From the NCBI GenBank assembly GCA_036274645.1, contig DASUFH010000292.1:1-58233 (forward strand): a stretch of 58,233 nt of DNA, read 5' to 3'. Positions 27,453 through 37,517 of the stretch are shown piece after piece. Below the pieces are notes generated by a model, which saw only the letters and a list, made by a program, of their open reading frames with translations, searched no databases and had not been told where the DNA came from. The DNA is from Terriglobia bacterium (GTDB taxonomy: Bacteria; Acidobacteriota; Terriglobia; 20CM-2-55-15). Positions within the stretch are counted from its first letter, which is position 1; every line of letters starts with the position of its first letter. Made by a program: the position numbers and the translations under genes.

Positions 27453-27698
27453 TCAGGCCTTTTTCGATTGCTGGAGCGCCTCTATCAGGAGCGCTTTCGA
27501 GTCTTCGATCTGCTGGAGGACGAGTCGGACGTCCATGGCAGGGTAGGCGGGATTACGGGCGCTCCGGCAGTAAACGCCGTGCTGGCCGACGAGCGCGAGA
27601 GCGTCGGTGAGAATGTCGAGCGCCGTAGCGATACGGCCGCGGACGGGCCCGTACTGAAACTCATTGCGCTCCAGCGCGTCGTTATAGTGGTCGAGCAT
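27453..27698 (-). CDS. hypothetical helical protein (81 aa), translationally coupled to pepA
   Basis: The ATG overlaps the pepA stop (TGATG). No recognisable motif. Confidence 0.45.
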   Translation of the reverse strand: MLDHYNDALERNEFQYGPVRGRIATALDILTDALALVGQHGVYCRSARNPAYPAMDVRLVLQQIEDSKALLIEALQQSKKA

Positions 27699-29182
27699 CA
27701 GGGAACATACTCATCGAAACGTTGCGCGAGATCGACGAGCGTTTTCAGACCAAACCCGATTGCGCCCGCTTCGTAGTACTTCCAGTCCTTTTCGCGGATG
27801 AACGGTCCGGCGATGTCCAGGTGCGCCCAGGCCGCTCCGTCGGGAACGAATTCCTGCAGAAAGAGTCCGGCGGTGATGGCGCCGGCCAGAGGGCCGCCCG
27901 TATTGTTGACGTCCGCGCAGGGGGCCTTGATCATTTCCTTGTATTCCGCGTGCAGCGGTAACTCCCAGTACTCTTCGCCGTGATTTCGTCCGGACCGAAT
28001 GACGGCCTGGATCAAGTCCCGGTTGTTGCCCATCGCGCCCGCAATACTCGGTCCGAGCGCGCGAACGCAGGCGCCGGTGAGTGTGGCGATGTCCACAATG
28101 TGCGTCGCCCCTTCTTCGCCGGCCTGGAACAGGCCATCGGTCAGGATCAGGCGCCCTTCCGCATCGGTGTTGTCCACCATGACGGATTTCTTGTTCCTGG
28201 CGATAAAGACATCGCCGGGCAGCTGCGCGTTGGCGTCGGGCGTGTTCTCCGCGGTTGGCACAATGCCGATCACATCCACCGACGGACGCAGTTTGCCGAT
28301 AGCCTTCATGGCCAGCAGAACGGCCGCGCCGCCGGACATGTCGCCTTTCATTTCCCACATCTTGTCTGCCGGCTTGATCGAAATGCCGCCGGTGTCGAAC
28401 GTCACTCCCTTGCCCACCAGCGCGAGACGGCGCTTCGCCTTCTTCGCCCGATAGGTGAGGCGGATCAGCCGCGGAGGCCGGGAACTGCCGCGGCCCACCT
28501 GGATGAGGCCGTTGAAGCCGTCTTTGGCCAGCTTCTTTTCGTCCCAGATCTTGATGTCCAGATCCGATTCCTTGGCGATCCGGCGGGCCGCCGCGGCCAT
28601 CACTTCCGGATAGACAACGGAGCCGGGCTCATTGATCAGGTCCCGAGCCTCGTTGGCGGCGTTGGAGACGATGGTGTATTGGGCCACGCTGCGCCGGTTG
28701 CGCTGGTCGTGAGCGGCGAGGCCGATAAGCTCGACGTTGATCTTCCCGAGGGTCGATTTTTCCGACCGGTATTTGTCGAATGCGTACGCCCCGAGCAGCG
28801 CCCCTTCAACGGCCTTGCCGATGAAGGGCGCCGCGTCGTTCGTATTCAAAGCGATCGCCACGGTACCCAGGCTGTGGTCTCGGGCAACCCGCAGGGATCG
28901 GGCAACGGCGATCTTGACGTTTTCCCAGACATTAAACGAGGGACTGAGCGACGTGGACAGCACGAGAAGATTTCGCGCTCCCGTCTTGGACGCCCGTGTT
29001 TCCAGGCTGGTGAAATATTCCGACTTCAGCCGCTTGTTGGCGAAGTCCTTCTTGATCCGGTTCACCGTTTCGGCGATTGGCGCCCCGCCGAGATCATGAA
29101 ACGTGAGCGTGTTGTCGAGAATGATGACAAGCAGATCGGTCTGAACGTGCGCAGCGCGATCGTAAGTGAGTTGGATTTTCAT
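27698..29182 (-). CDS. pepA: leucyl aminopeptidase (M17)
   Basis: 494 aa with the M17 signature NTDAEGRLILTD, plus VGKGVTFDTGGISIKP. Confidence 0.95.
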   Translation of the reverse strand: MKIQLTYDRAAHVQTDLLVIILDNTLTFHDLGGAPIAETVNRIKKDFANKRLKSEYFTSLETRASKTGARNLLVLSTSLSPSFNVWENVKIAVARSLRVARDHSLGTVAIALNTNDAAPFIGKAVEGALLGAYAFDKYRSEKSTLGKINVELIGLAAHDQRNRRSVAQYTIVSNAANEARDLINEPGSVVYPEVMAAAARRIAKESDLDIKIWDEKKLAKDGFNGLIQVGRGSSRPPRLIRLTYRAKKAKRRLALVGKGVTFDTGGISIKPADKMWEMKGDMSGGAAVLLAMKAIGKLRPSVDVIGIVPTAENTPDANAQLPGDVFIARNKKSVMVDNTDAEGRLILTDGLFQAGEEGATHIVDIATLTGACVRALGPSIAGAMGNNRDLIQAVIRSGRNHGEEYWELPLHAEYKEMIKAPCADVNNTGGPLAGAITAGLFLQEFVPDGAAWAHLDIAGPFIREKDWKYYEAGAIGFGLKTLVDLAQRFDEYVP

Positions 29183-29197
29183 CTGGGGCAGATTATC

Positions 29198-29231
29198 AGA
29201 AAAAAGCGATTCCCCGGCTGGGGAATCGCTT
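29198..29231 (-). terminator. rho-independent terminator after the small lipoprotein gene
   Basis: The minus strand reads AAGCGATTCCCC-agcc-GGGGAATCGCTTTTTTC. This is a 12-bp perfect stem plus a T run. Confidence 0.7.
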
Positions 29232-29259
29232 GAACACGTTGAAGGATTTGAATGTGAGG

Positions 29260-29655
29260 CTACTCGCGCACAACCTCGAAGCGCGCGACGTTGGACTGCG
29301 CTCCGGTGGTCTCGTCAAAGACCCACAGTTCATGCGTCCCAACCATCAGGAGCAGAGAGTCGACGTCGTGGACAAACTCGCCATGTTCGTCGGTCAGGAT
29401 GTTCAACACGGGGAACTCGGTTCCATCGGCTCTCTTCAGGTGGGATTTCGCATTGTGCTTCGGCGAGAAACCCGATCCCCTCATTTCCAGATGCTCGGGA
29501 TGGACCAGTTTCGTGGTGGAGATCGTGATTTTGGGAGTCTGCGCGGCGGCCTGTTGCGCCGGCGCGGTTTCCGAGGGTTCGACGGCTGCGCCGCACGCTG
29601 CTGCGGCCATCAGGCACACCACAGCAAGAATGGTCGTCAGTAGATGTTTGCTCAT
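29260..29655 (-). CDS. small lipoprotein (131 aa)
   Basis: Trimmed to ATG 29655. MSKHLLTTILAVVCLMAAAACG carries a lipobox. The longer ORF would overlap the molybdoenzyme gene. Confidence 0.6.
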   Translation of the reverse strand: MSKHLLTTILAVVCLMAAAACGAAVEPSETAPAQQAAAQTPKITISTTKLVHPEHLEMRGSGFSPKHNAKSHLKRADGTEFPVLNILTDEHGEFVHDVDSLLLMVGTHELWVFDETTGAQSNVARFEVVRE

Positions 29656-29731
29656 TTCAAAGAAGACAAATAATGAATTAAAAAAGGGACGCGGCCTTGG
29701 CGACCGCGTCCCCGGGTTGAACCTGGAACGA

Positions 29732-32278
29732 CTATGTCGTCCAGCTATAGCCCTGCGGCTTGATTGGCAGTGTCCGGATACGCTCGCCGGTGGCATGGGC
29801 GATCGCATTGGTGAGAGCCGGAATGGCCGGGGGCAGGGAAGGCTCTCCCAGACCCGTCGGGTTACCGGCGCTCATCACGAACTCGACCTCGATCGACATC
29901 GGCGCCTGCGAGATACGAGTCGGCTGATAGGAATCGAAGTTCCGGTTCCTGGTGGCAACCGCGCCACCCTCGATCGGAATCTCCCACGCCATCAGATGGC
30001 TCATACCTTCAATGAATCCGCCATGGATCAGGTTCCTGGCCTGGCTCGGGTTGACGATCTGATTGCCGATATCCACCGCGCACCAGACCTTATCCACCTT
30101 GACGGCCTTGTCTTTGACTGTTACCTGAACGACGTAGGCGACGTAGCCGCTATGGGCGAACTGGAAAGCCACGCCCATGCCGGTACCTTTGGGCAGCTTC
30201 GCGCGAGCGGTCGTCCAGTTGGACATGTCGCGGACCTTTTCCACGACCGCTTTGGCGCGGGCCGCGCTAAAGCCGCCGCCACCGCCACCGAAGCCGCCGC
30301 GGCCTCCGCCACCGCCACCACCGGCCTGGACGGGATTGTTGAGCAGGTCCAGACGGAACTGGAGTGGATCCTTGCCGGCTGCGACCGCCAGCTCGTCAAC
30401 GAACGACTGCATCACAAACGAGATGCCGTTTGTGCTGGGCGCGCGCAGGGAGCCGGTCGGAATGCTGAACGGATTGATCGCGCCGCTGCTGACCTGGAAG
30501 TTGGGAACGAATCCGTTGGGGAACTCCTGTCCGGGAACCGTTGCCGAGGTCACCGTCGCGACATAGTCGCGGAAGGCGGTGACTTTACCCTGCGAGTCGA
30601 GCGCTCCCTTAAAGAAGTGGAAGCCGGTGGGACGATACTGGTCGTGCATCATATCGTCTTCGCGCGTCCAGAGGAGTTTTACCGGTACGCTCGGCAGAGG
30701 GGGTGTGGCTGCGGCCCGCTCGTCAGTGACGATGCGCGCGATCTTCGCGACCTCGGCGTCGTAGTCCGCGGTCAAGCGGCGTCCGAAACCACCACCGGCG
30801 CGGACAAGGTGCATCGTGACGTCGCCCGCCTGAATGCCGGCCTGAACGGCCGGTCCACCCGGGTTGGGAATCTGGGCGGGAGACCAGATCTCCAGCTTGC
30901 CGTCCTTGAAGTGGGCCGTGGAGTTCTGCGGCTCCAGCGGAGCATGGGACAGCAGAGGGAAATAGTAGGCGGCTTCAACGACTTTGGCCGCGCCGTCAAA
31001 GGCAGCTTCGACGTTGCCGGCCACCGCCGGTCCTGCCGCGCCGCCAGCCGGCGCCTGGCCGGCCTGAGTGGCGAGCTGTTTGGCGGCAGCCGCAAAACCG
31101 GCGCTGCTCTGAGAAACGGCTGCGCCATCGTCCCAGGTTGCCTTGATGGACTTGCGGGCGTTCTGCGCGTACCACCATGCGGTTGCGACAATCGCCACAC
31201 CCGACGCTCCACCGCCGCCGCCCGGCCCGCCGGGACCACCCCGGCCACCACCGCCGCCACGGCCGCCGGCAGCGCCGCCCGGACCGCCCGGTCCGCCACG
31301 ACCGCCAGCAGCGCCGCCCGGACCACCGGGACCACCGCGACCTCCGCCCTGAGCGCCACCACCGAAGCCACCCGGAGCGGCGCCGAAACCACCGGCCCCG
31401 CCGGGACCGCCACGGCCGCCGCCCTGGGGACCCTGAGCCGCGAAATTGTTACCACCGAAACCGCCGCGCGCCGCGCCGCCGCCACCGGGTGCGCCCGCGC
31501 CGGCCGCGCCGGCAGGATTGACCAGGAATGCGTGCTTGACGCCGGGCAGCTTCTTCAATTCGTCGAGGTTCGCGCTCACGACGCGACCGCCGAACACCGG
31601 TGACTTCTCGAGGATGGCGTAGAGCATGCCGTCCGGATTCACGTCGATACTGAACGACGGCTTACCCTGTACGATCGCTTCGTTGTCCACGCCACGAATC
31701 GGCTTGCCGATGATTTTGAAATCGGCCGGATTCTTCAGCGGCGCATTGGCCGGAGGAGTCATGTCCGCGGCGCGGGCCGCCAGCGAGGCGTACGTGGCCG
31801 TCCGATTCGACCCGGCGTGCTTTACCGTACCGGAGCCGGTCGTCAGTTCCGAGGCCGCAACGTTCCACTGCGCAGCCGCAGCGGCAACCATCAGCGCGCG
31901 ACCGGCGGCGCCAACCGCGCGCATCGTGGCGTAGTTGGAGGGAATAGCCGTGCTTCCGCCTTCGATCTGCTGGCCATAGAGCGCATTGTTGTAGTCGGCC
32001 TGCTTGACTTTGACCTGCTTCCAATCCACGTCAAACTCATCGGCAATGATCATGGGCAGCGCATTGCGAATGCCCTGGCCGGTTTCCGGGTTCTTGGCAA
32101 TGATCGTGAACGTATTGTCCGGGTTGATCGTGATATAGGTGTTGGGATTGGTGTTGCCGCCCCCGCCAAACTGCGCCTGCGCTTCACCTCGCGTGTACAG
32201 GCCGATCATCAATCCGCCACCGGCCACGGCGCTGACTTTCAGAAACGAGCGTCGATCGAGTTTCGTAGCTGTTTTCAT
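29732..32278 (-). CDS. xanthine dehydrogenase family molybdopterin-binding subunit (IorB/aldehyde oxidoreductase beta-like), Tat-exported, with Gly/Arg-rich inserts
   Basis: 848 aa with Tat signal DRRSFLKVSAVAGGGLMIG and typical IorB-like blocks (ITINPDNTFTIIAKNPETGQGIRNALPMIIADEF, GGGFGRR). Low-complexity inserts at 31199..31513 and about 30240..30340. Confidence 0.85.
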   Translation of the reverse strand: MKTATKLDRRSFLKVSAVAGGGLMIGLYTRGEAQAQFGGGGNTNPNTYITINPDNTFTIIAKNPETGQGIRNALPMIIADEFDVDWKQVKVKQADYNNALYGQQIEGGSTAIPSNYATMRAVGAAGRALMVAAAAAQWNVAASELTTGSGTVKHAGSNRTATYASLAARAADMTPPANAPLKNPADFKIIGKPIRGVDNEAIVQGKPSFSIDVNPDGMLYAILEKSPVFGGRVVSANLDELKKLPGVKHAFLVNPAGAAGAGAPGGGGAARGGFGGNNFAAQGPQGGGRGGPGGAGGFGAAPGGFGGGAQGGGRGGPGGPGGAAGGRGGPGGPGGAAGGRGGGGGRGGPGGPGGGGGASGVAIVATAWWYAQNARKSIKATWDDGAAVSQSSAGFAAAAKQLATQAGQAPAGGAAGPAVAGNVEAAFDGAAKVVEAAYYFPLLSHAPLEPQNSTAHFKDGKLEIWSPAQIPNPGGPAVQAGIQAGDVTMHLVRAGGGFGRRLTADYDAEVAKIARIVTDERAAATPPLPSVPVKLLWTREDDMMHDQYRPTGFHFFKGALDSQGKVTAFRDYVATVTSATVPGQEFPNGFVPNFQVSSGAINPFSIPTGSLRAPSTNGISFVMQSFVDELAVAAGKDPLQFRLDLLNNPVQAGGGGGGGRGGFGGGGGGFSAARAKAVVEKVRDMSNWTTARAKLPKGTGMGVAFQFAHSGYVAYVVQVTVKDKAVKVDKVWCAVDIGNQIVNPSQARNLIHGGFIEGMSHLMAWEIPIEGGAVATRNRNFDSYQPTRISQAPMSIEVEFVMSAGNPTGLGEPSLPPAIPALTNAIAHATGERIRTLPIKPQGYSWTT

Positions 32279-32287
32279 CGCGCCTCC

Positions 32288-32749
<462 letters not shown>

Positions 32750-32988
32750 TTTTTGAACTCCCTAGAGTGAGGATTGGACAACAATCCATTCGGTCAGCAA
32801 TAGTCGTCTGCGAACTGAAATTCCTTGGCGCGGGAGCTTACCACCGAAGCTACGTCGGATCAATTTTTTCGTCCTCGAAGAACTTTCCTTTCGAGCCTTC
32901 AAAAACGAGCCTTCAAAAACCCGATGTTGCCGTGGCTATTTTTTTGATAGAGTGCAGCCAACAATTCAACTCTTGAGGAGCGAACAGC

Positions 32989-33525
32989 ATGACCAGACGC
33001 ATGGCTACGCTTTGCGCATGTTTCGTACTTGGGCTAGCCCCGGGTTTATACGCGCAGGATGCTAAGAGCAACGGCGCGCCCTCCAAGATTACGGCGGGCA
33101 CCCCTGAGGACAAGGCCTTCATGGCGATCAAGCGCGCAATGACCCCGGAAGAAAAGATCGAGGCGGCGCTGGACTTCGAGAAGCGGTTTCCCCAGTCGAG
33201 CGTGCTCTCGAGCGTGTACACCACAATGCTGGGAATCTACCTGCAGAAGAACGACACGGCAAAGCTGGTCGAAGTCGGCGAAAAAGCCGTCAAACTTGAT
33301 CCGAAGAACCTGACCGCTCTGCTGGCCCTGAGTCGCGGCTATGCATTGAGCGAGGCGCCCGATGTTGAAAAGGCCAAGAGCTTTGCGGAGAAGGCTGCGG
33401 CTGTTCTGGCGGAATGGCGGACCAGGCCGCCCCAGCCCGGATATTCCGAAACGGAATGGCGGGACTATCTCAAGCAGAACGATGAAAGCGTCGGTCCCTG
33501 GGTCGAATACGTCAAGGCTCTCTAG
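32989..33525 (+). CDS. secreted tetratricopeptide-repeat-like protein
   Basis: 178 aa. GAGGAG RBS, signal peptide MTRRMATLCACFVLGLAPGLYAQ, and helical TPR-like repeats. Confidence 0.6.
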   Translation: MTRRMATLCACFVLGLAPGLYAQDAKSNGAPSKITAGTPEDKAFMAIKRAMTPEEKIEAALDFEKRFPQSSVLSSVYTTMLGIYLQKNDTAKLVEVGEKAVKLDPKNLTALLALSRGYALSEAPDVEKAKSFAEKAAAVLAEWRTRPPQPGYSETEWRDYLKQNDESVGPWVEYVKAL

Positions 33526-33587
33526 CCGTCGGCGCGTCGACACCGCTTCGCGGCGAACGCGCCGCGAGCCGGCCAGTTGAAAAACGG

Positions 33588-35177
33588 CTAGACGAACTGT
33601 CGGACGAAATGCTCCGGGTTGAGCGATTCACCCGTTGCCCGGTGAAGCATGTCGTTCCACGGGAACAGCGCTCCCGGCTCGAAAATTGCCTTCCTTAAAT
33701 AGGCGCCGGTTTCCGAACGCTCCACGTAACCCGGCGCCTTCAGCGTTTCCCGTTCGATGTAATTCAACAACTGCGACGCCATCAACTCGCCCAGGATGTA
33801 GTTCTGGTAGTACGCCGGCGCCGTCGCCAGATGACTCTTGGCGGCCCAGTCCGGAAGGTCCCGGTCCGGCGGATACGTCACCTTCTGGATGCGTTCGACC
33901 AGTGTCCGCCAGAGCCGGTTCAAGTCCTGGTCGGGCTCCCGGTACAGTTCTCGCTCAAAACGCGTCAACGTGAGTCCCCACCGGAGAAAAATCAACATCT
34001 CGGACCGTTGCGCCTTGCCGGCGGCCGCGCTGACCGACTGGGCCTCTCTGGTCGTGAGGCCGCGTACCTTCTCGAGCCACTCCGGATCCTTCGTCATTCG
34101 GCCGTTGAGCATCGCAATGGCTTCAGTCGTCAGGATGTGGGCCGGAGTTCGCAGCAGAAACGGGAGCGACCGATTGTTGAACTTGTCGTAAACGGCGTGT
34201 CCGAACTCGTGCAGCATCGTGCTCATCCAGCGTTCGTCCTTCCGGACGTTACAGAGGACCCGCACGTCGCCCTCGCGATCGACGTCGAGACAGAACGCGT
34301 GCTGTGACTTTCCCTCGCGTTCATAGAGGTCGGCGCGCGACATGATGTCGTCAATGTTGAGACCGATGCCCCGGAAGTGTTTCCGAGTCAGTTCCTCAAT
34401 GTCCTGGTCCCGGAAGATTTCATTGAGCGACTCCCCGCCGGAATCGGGATACTCCTGGAAAAACGGATCGCTGTAGAGCCACGGATAACTCGGCGCGTCT
34501 TCCATGCCGCGATCGCGTTTCAGATCGGCGTCCAGTTCAGCCTTCATCGAGACGAACGCCGGTTCGGAGAGCGCCTCGAGCCTGTCGAAGAGGGAAAACA
34601 CCCAGTTCCGGTCGAGCTCCTGAAGCTCGAACATCATGGCGTGATAGTCCTGGTATCCCAGCCGGCGGGCTTCGCGATTGCGAATGCGGACCAGTTCCAT
34701 CAGCTGCGGGTGAACTTCACGGCCCACCTGCTTGGACGCCTCCCACGCCGATCGCCGGCGTTCCGATACGCTTTCCTCCTTCAGGACGTCTCTCAAATCG
34801 TTGTCGGTGGCGTTCCGTCCTTCGAAGTTTGCCCGAAATGTATTGAACAGGTTTTCAATACGCGTTTCGCGGGCCACCATGTCGAGCAGGGTCTCTTCCG
34901 GAATCTGATTCGGGACGAAACTGTCCCAGATCAGCTTGAGCTGGCGTTCTTCGACCTCGAGGAGTTGTGGCTTCGAGCGTCTCCATTCCTGCAGCTGCCG
35001 GAATTCTTCGCGATTGTTGTAGACCTTGACGTAGCGCTCCTTGGCCGCCACCAGCGCGCGTTCGCGTTCCTCGTCCCCCGAGAGGGAAAGGTCCCAGTAC
35101 TTCAAGCTGTAGTCCTTGTGCAAGGGCGCGACCGCCGTCGCGTGCTGGCGGATGTAGGCGGAGATTTCGCTGCTCAT
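33588..35177 (-). CDS. gluzincin metallopeptidase, M2 (ACE-like)/M3-like
   Basis: 529 aa. It has HEFGH with a downstream Glu in TTEAIAM about 25 residues later, the same spacing as ACE HEMGH...EAIGD. No signal peptide. Confidence 0.7.
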   Translation of the reverse strand: MSSEISAYIRQHATAVAPLHKDYSLKYWDLSLSGDEERERALVAAKERYVKVYNNREEFRQLQEWRRSKPQLLEVEERQLKLIWDSFVPNQIPEETLLDMVARETRIENLFNTFRANFEGRNATDNDLRDVLKEESVSERRRSAWEASKQVGREVHPQLMELVRIRNREARRLGYQDYHAMMFELQELDRNWVFSLFDRLEALSEPAFVSMKAELDADLKRDRGMEDAPSYPWLYSDPFFQEYPDSGGESLNEIFRDQDIEELTRKHFRGIGLNIDDIMSRADLYEREGKSQHAFCLDVDREGDVRVLCNVRKDERWMSTMLHEFGHAVYDKFNNRSLPFLLRTPAHILTTEAIAMLNGRMTKDPEWLEKVRGLTTREAQSVSAAAGKAQRSEMLIFLRWGLTLTRFERELYREPDQDLNRLWRTLVERIQKVTYPPDRDLPDWAAKSHLATAPAYYQNYILGELMASQLLNYIERETLKAPGYVERSETGAYLRKAIFEPGALFPWNDMLHRATGESLNPEHFVRQFV

Positions 35178-35480
35178 TGGGGCCCTCGGCGCCTGCGGAA
35201 AACTTCAATACGCGTCATGGCGCCGTAGGCTACCATATGCCGTCTTTGCGGACCGGCGTGGAAATTAGCGCTTTCGTTTAATGGGAGGGCCACTTTGGTC
35301 CTATTGCGCCTCCCGGTGGAGGTGTCGAGAATCGGAAGGTTTTTGGGAAGCGCGTCCGCGCTTCCGGGCACAGGTGACCTGACCATGAGCCGGGCATGAT
35401 GCTGGCGCGATCTGCAACGGAATTGTCCACACGGCAGGACGCTCTTGGACTGTCTTCAAAACGGAAACGGAGATTCTCAG

Positions 35481-36320
35481 ATGACTGACACTATTCGAAG
35501 GATGTTTGTAAATGCCCGCGCTCTCAAGGTCGTGTTCGCGCTCGTCATCCTGGTTGTCGGCGCTGTCGCGGGCTCGAGCACGGCCTGGACCCAGGGCGCG
35601 AGTTCCTCCTGCGCCTCGCTGCCGAGCTATGCGCAGGTGAAGGCGGCTTTGGACTCCGCCGTGACGGCGGAGTCGAGCGGGCTGGATCTCAACATGTGGG
35701 CCACGATCGTGGATCGTGACGGCATCGTTTGCGCCGTCGCCTTCTCCGGAGTGAACCGCGCCGCGCAGTGGCCTGGCAGCCGGGTCATCTCGGCGCAGAA
35801 AGCCAACACGGCTAACGCGTTCAGCCTCGATTCGTCGGCCGGTCCATTTCTTCTGGGTAACAACGGTCTGGCGCTGTCGACCGCGAACCTGTTTTCGGCA
35901 GTTCAGCCGGGAGGCAGTCTGTTTGGCCTGCAGGAGAGCAATCCGGTCGATGTCAGCGTGGCCTATAAAGGACCTTCCGCGAACTATGGCAAGCCGAATG
36001 ATCCGATGGTTGGCAGCAAGATCGGCGGCGTGAACGTTTTCGGCGGCGGCCTGCCGCTTTATGGTAGCGGTTCGGCTGTGGTCGGGGCCGTTGGAGTCAG
36101 CGGCGATACGTCATGCGCGGATCACTTCATTGGATGGCGTGTTCGCCACAATCTCGGCCTGGATCACGTTTTTGGTGTCGCAGGAGTCTCCGGAGACGCG
36201 GATCGTCCGGACAACATTGTGTTTGATATCAATCCTGTGACGGGCCAGAGCGCGGGTGGTTTCGGTCATCCGACATGCATCAATACCGGCAATCCTGCCA
36301 CGTTGCCTGCCGTTCAGTAA
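35481..36320 (+). CDS. secreted GlcG/HbpS (DUF336) family haem-binding-like protein
   Basis: Trimmed to ATG 35481 (GGAG 8 nt upstream). Signal peptide, then MWATIVDRDGIVCAVAFSG...SRVISAQKANTANAF, typical of DUF336. Confidence 0.7.
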   Translation: MTDTIRRMFVNARALKVVFALVILVVGAVAGSSTAWTQGASSSCASLPSYAQVKAALDSAVTAESSGLDLNMWATIVDRDGIVCAVAFSGVNRAAQWPGSRVISAQKANTANAFSLDSSAGPFLLGNNGLALSTANLFSAVQPGGSLFGLQESNPVDVSVAYKGPSANYGKPNDPMVGSKIGGVNVFGGGLPLYGSGSAVVGAVGVSGDTSCADHFIGWRVRHNLGLDHVFGVAGVSGDADRPDNIVFDINPVTGQSAGGFGHPTCINTGNPATLPAVQ

Positions 36321-36344
36321 TCGATCCCAGGTTGCTTCCAGAGG

Positions 36345-36384
36345 GAACCGGCCCGCGTGAAAGCGGCGGGCCGGTTCTCTTTTT
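36345..36384 (+). terminator. rho-independent terminator after the GlcG-like gene
   Basis: GAACCGGCCCGC-gtgaaagcg-GCGGGCCGGTTC followed by TCTTTTT. Confidence 0.75.
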
Positions 36385-36530
36385 GAGGCTTCTTATATCG
36401 GTGCGTCGCCCCTGCGGCAGACGGGGTGGGGGGCATCGCAGTAAGGTCTTGGACGCGACTTGAATCGGGAACAGTGGATGCGAAAGAGTGTTCGTGGCCG
36501 GCGCTGGCGTGGTCTTCGGCGTCGCTGGGC

Positions 36531-37163
36531 TTAACCCTCCTGGTCCTCATCCGCGCTTGTCGCGAAATCGTCGATTTCGATGTCCGGCGAACGATCGTCT
36601 TCTTCGTCGTCCATGCTGTAGAGCTGGCCGCCGAGTTTTTCCTTCAGGACCTTCTTGCCGCCTTCGGGGCGGAATCCCTTCGGATTGCGATTTCGGAAAG
36701 GTTTGGCGTCCGGGCCGAACTGTTTGCGGTTCGGGCGGTCTCCCCTGGCGGGCGCGTCCATGGCGCCCGGGTCGCTGCGCATGAACCCCCCGCCGCCTTC
36801 GCCCGAAGGTCGTGGCGTGAAAGGCCGCGTTCCCACGCCCATCGCGCGCGGCGGTCCGCTGCGGTAGGTGGGGCCGCCACTGGGCGGTCCGCCCGGTCCG
36901 GGTGGACGGCTTTCCTTGGCTCGCGCCTCGTTGACCGCCAGCATGCGCCCCTTGAAGGGCTGATTGTTGAACAACCGAATGGCCTCCTGCGCTTCTTCGG
37001 GGCCGGGAAACTCGACAAACGCGAATCCGCGCTTCTTGCCGGTCTCCCGGTCCAGTGGAACGAAAATGTTCGACACCGTTCCGGCGGTTGAGAAATGCGC
37101 GCGAATTTCGTCTTCGCTTGCGTCGTAGGGCAGGTTCCCTACAAAAAGACGGACAGCCATCAT
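36531..37163 (-). CDS. RRM-domain RNA-binding protein with a long disordered C-terminal tail
   Basis: 210 aa. RNP2 LFVGNL and RNP1 KRGFAFVEF. The tail has an R/G/P-rich part followed by an acidic part. Confidence 0.9.
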   Translation of the reverse strand: MMAVRLFVGNLPYDASEDEIRAHFSTAGTVSNIFVPLDRETGKKRGFAFVEFPGPEEAQEAIRLFNNQPFKGRMLAVNEARAKESRPPGPGGPPSGGPTYRSGPPRAMGVGTRPFTPRPSGEGGGGFMRSDPGAMDAPARGDRPNRKQFGPDAKPFRNRNPKGFRPEGGKKVLKEKLGGQLYSMDDEEDDRSPDIEIDDFATSADEDQEG

Positions 37164-37517
37164 TACCTCGTGTTGATAGTCTTGGAAATCGGAGACGTTC
37201 GGGGTTTCACAGAATTGTGGGCGGAAATAGCCCGAAAAATGAACACGCTGACGCGGTGAACATGATGGCCGCCATCTTACTGCTTTGCCAAGTCAATTTC
37301 AATCGGGCGAACACTTTTTCCTGCTCCGCCATCAGTGACTCATAGAGTACATCATCAGAATAAGGGCCATGCGGATGGCGTAATGGTCCGCCGAGCCGGA
37401 GGCAACCGCAAGCGACGCCGTCACCGTGAGCGCAATGAGCGCGAACGCCAGAGTTCTCGTCACGGGGCGATTATACCGGCGAAAGGAAGGGCGGTTGCTG
37501 CGTTATCATGAACATGC

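Noticed and set aside
29291-31603. 770-aa plus-strand ORF and the Pro-rich ORFs 31143..31352 and 31177..31521 (PPPPGPPGPP..., collagen-like)
   Set aside because: They are antisense to the molybdopterin subunit. The poly-Pro runs are simply the reverse complement of the Gly-rich insert (GGN codons read as NCC).
32895-32925. Tandem gagccttcaaaaac x2 upstream of the TPR gene
   Set aside because: It is a very short two-copy repeat in an AT-richer promoter region with no further structure. I noted it but it is not interpretable.
37332-37463. 43-aa GTG-initiated hydrophobic ORF (VTRTLAFALIALTVTASLAVASG...) between the RRM gene and pabB
   Set aside because: It has no convincing RBS, a non-ATG start, and lies in what is probably the RRM gene's promoter and leader. 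The evidence is insufficient.
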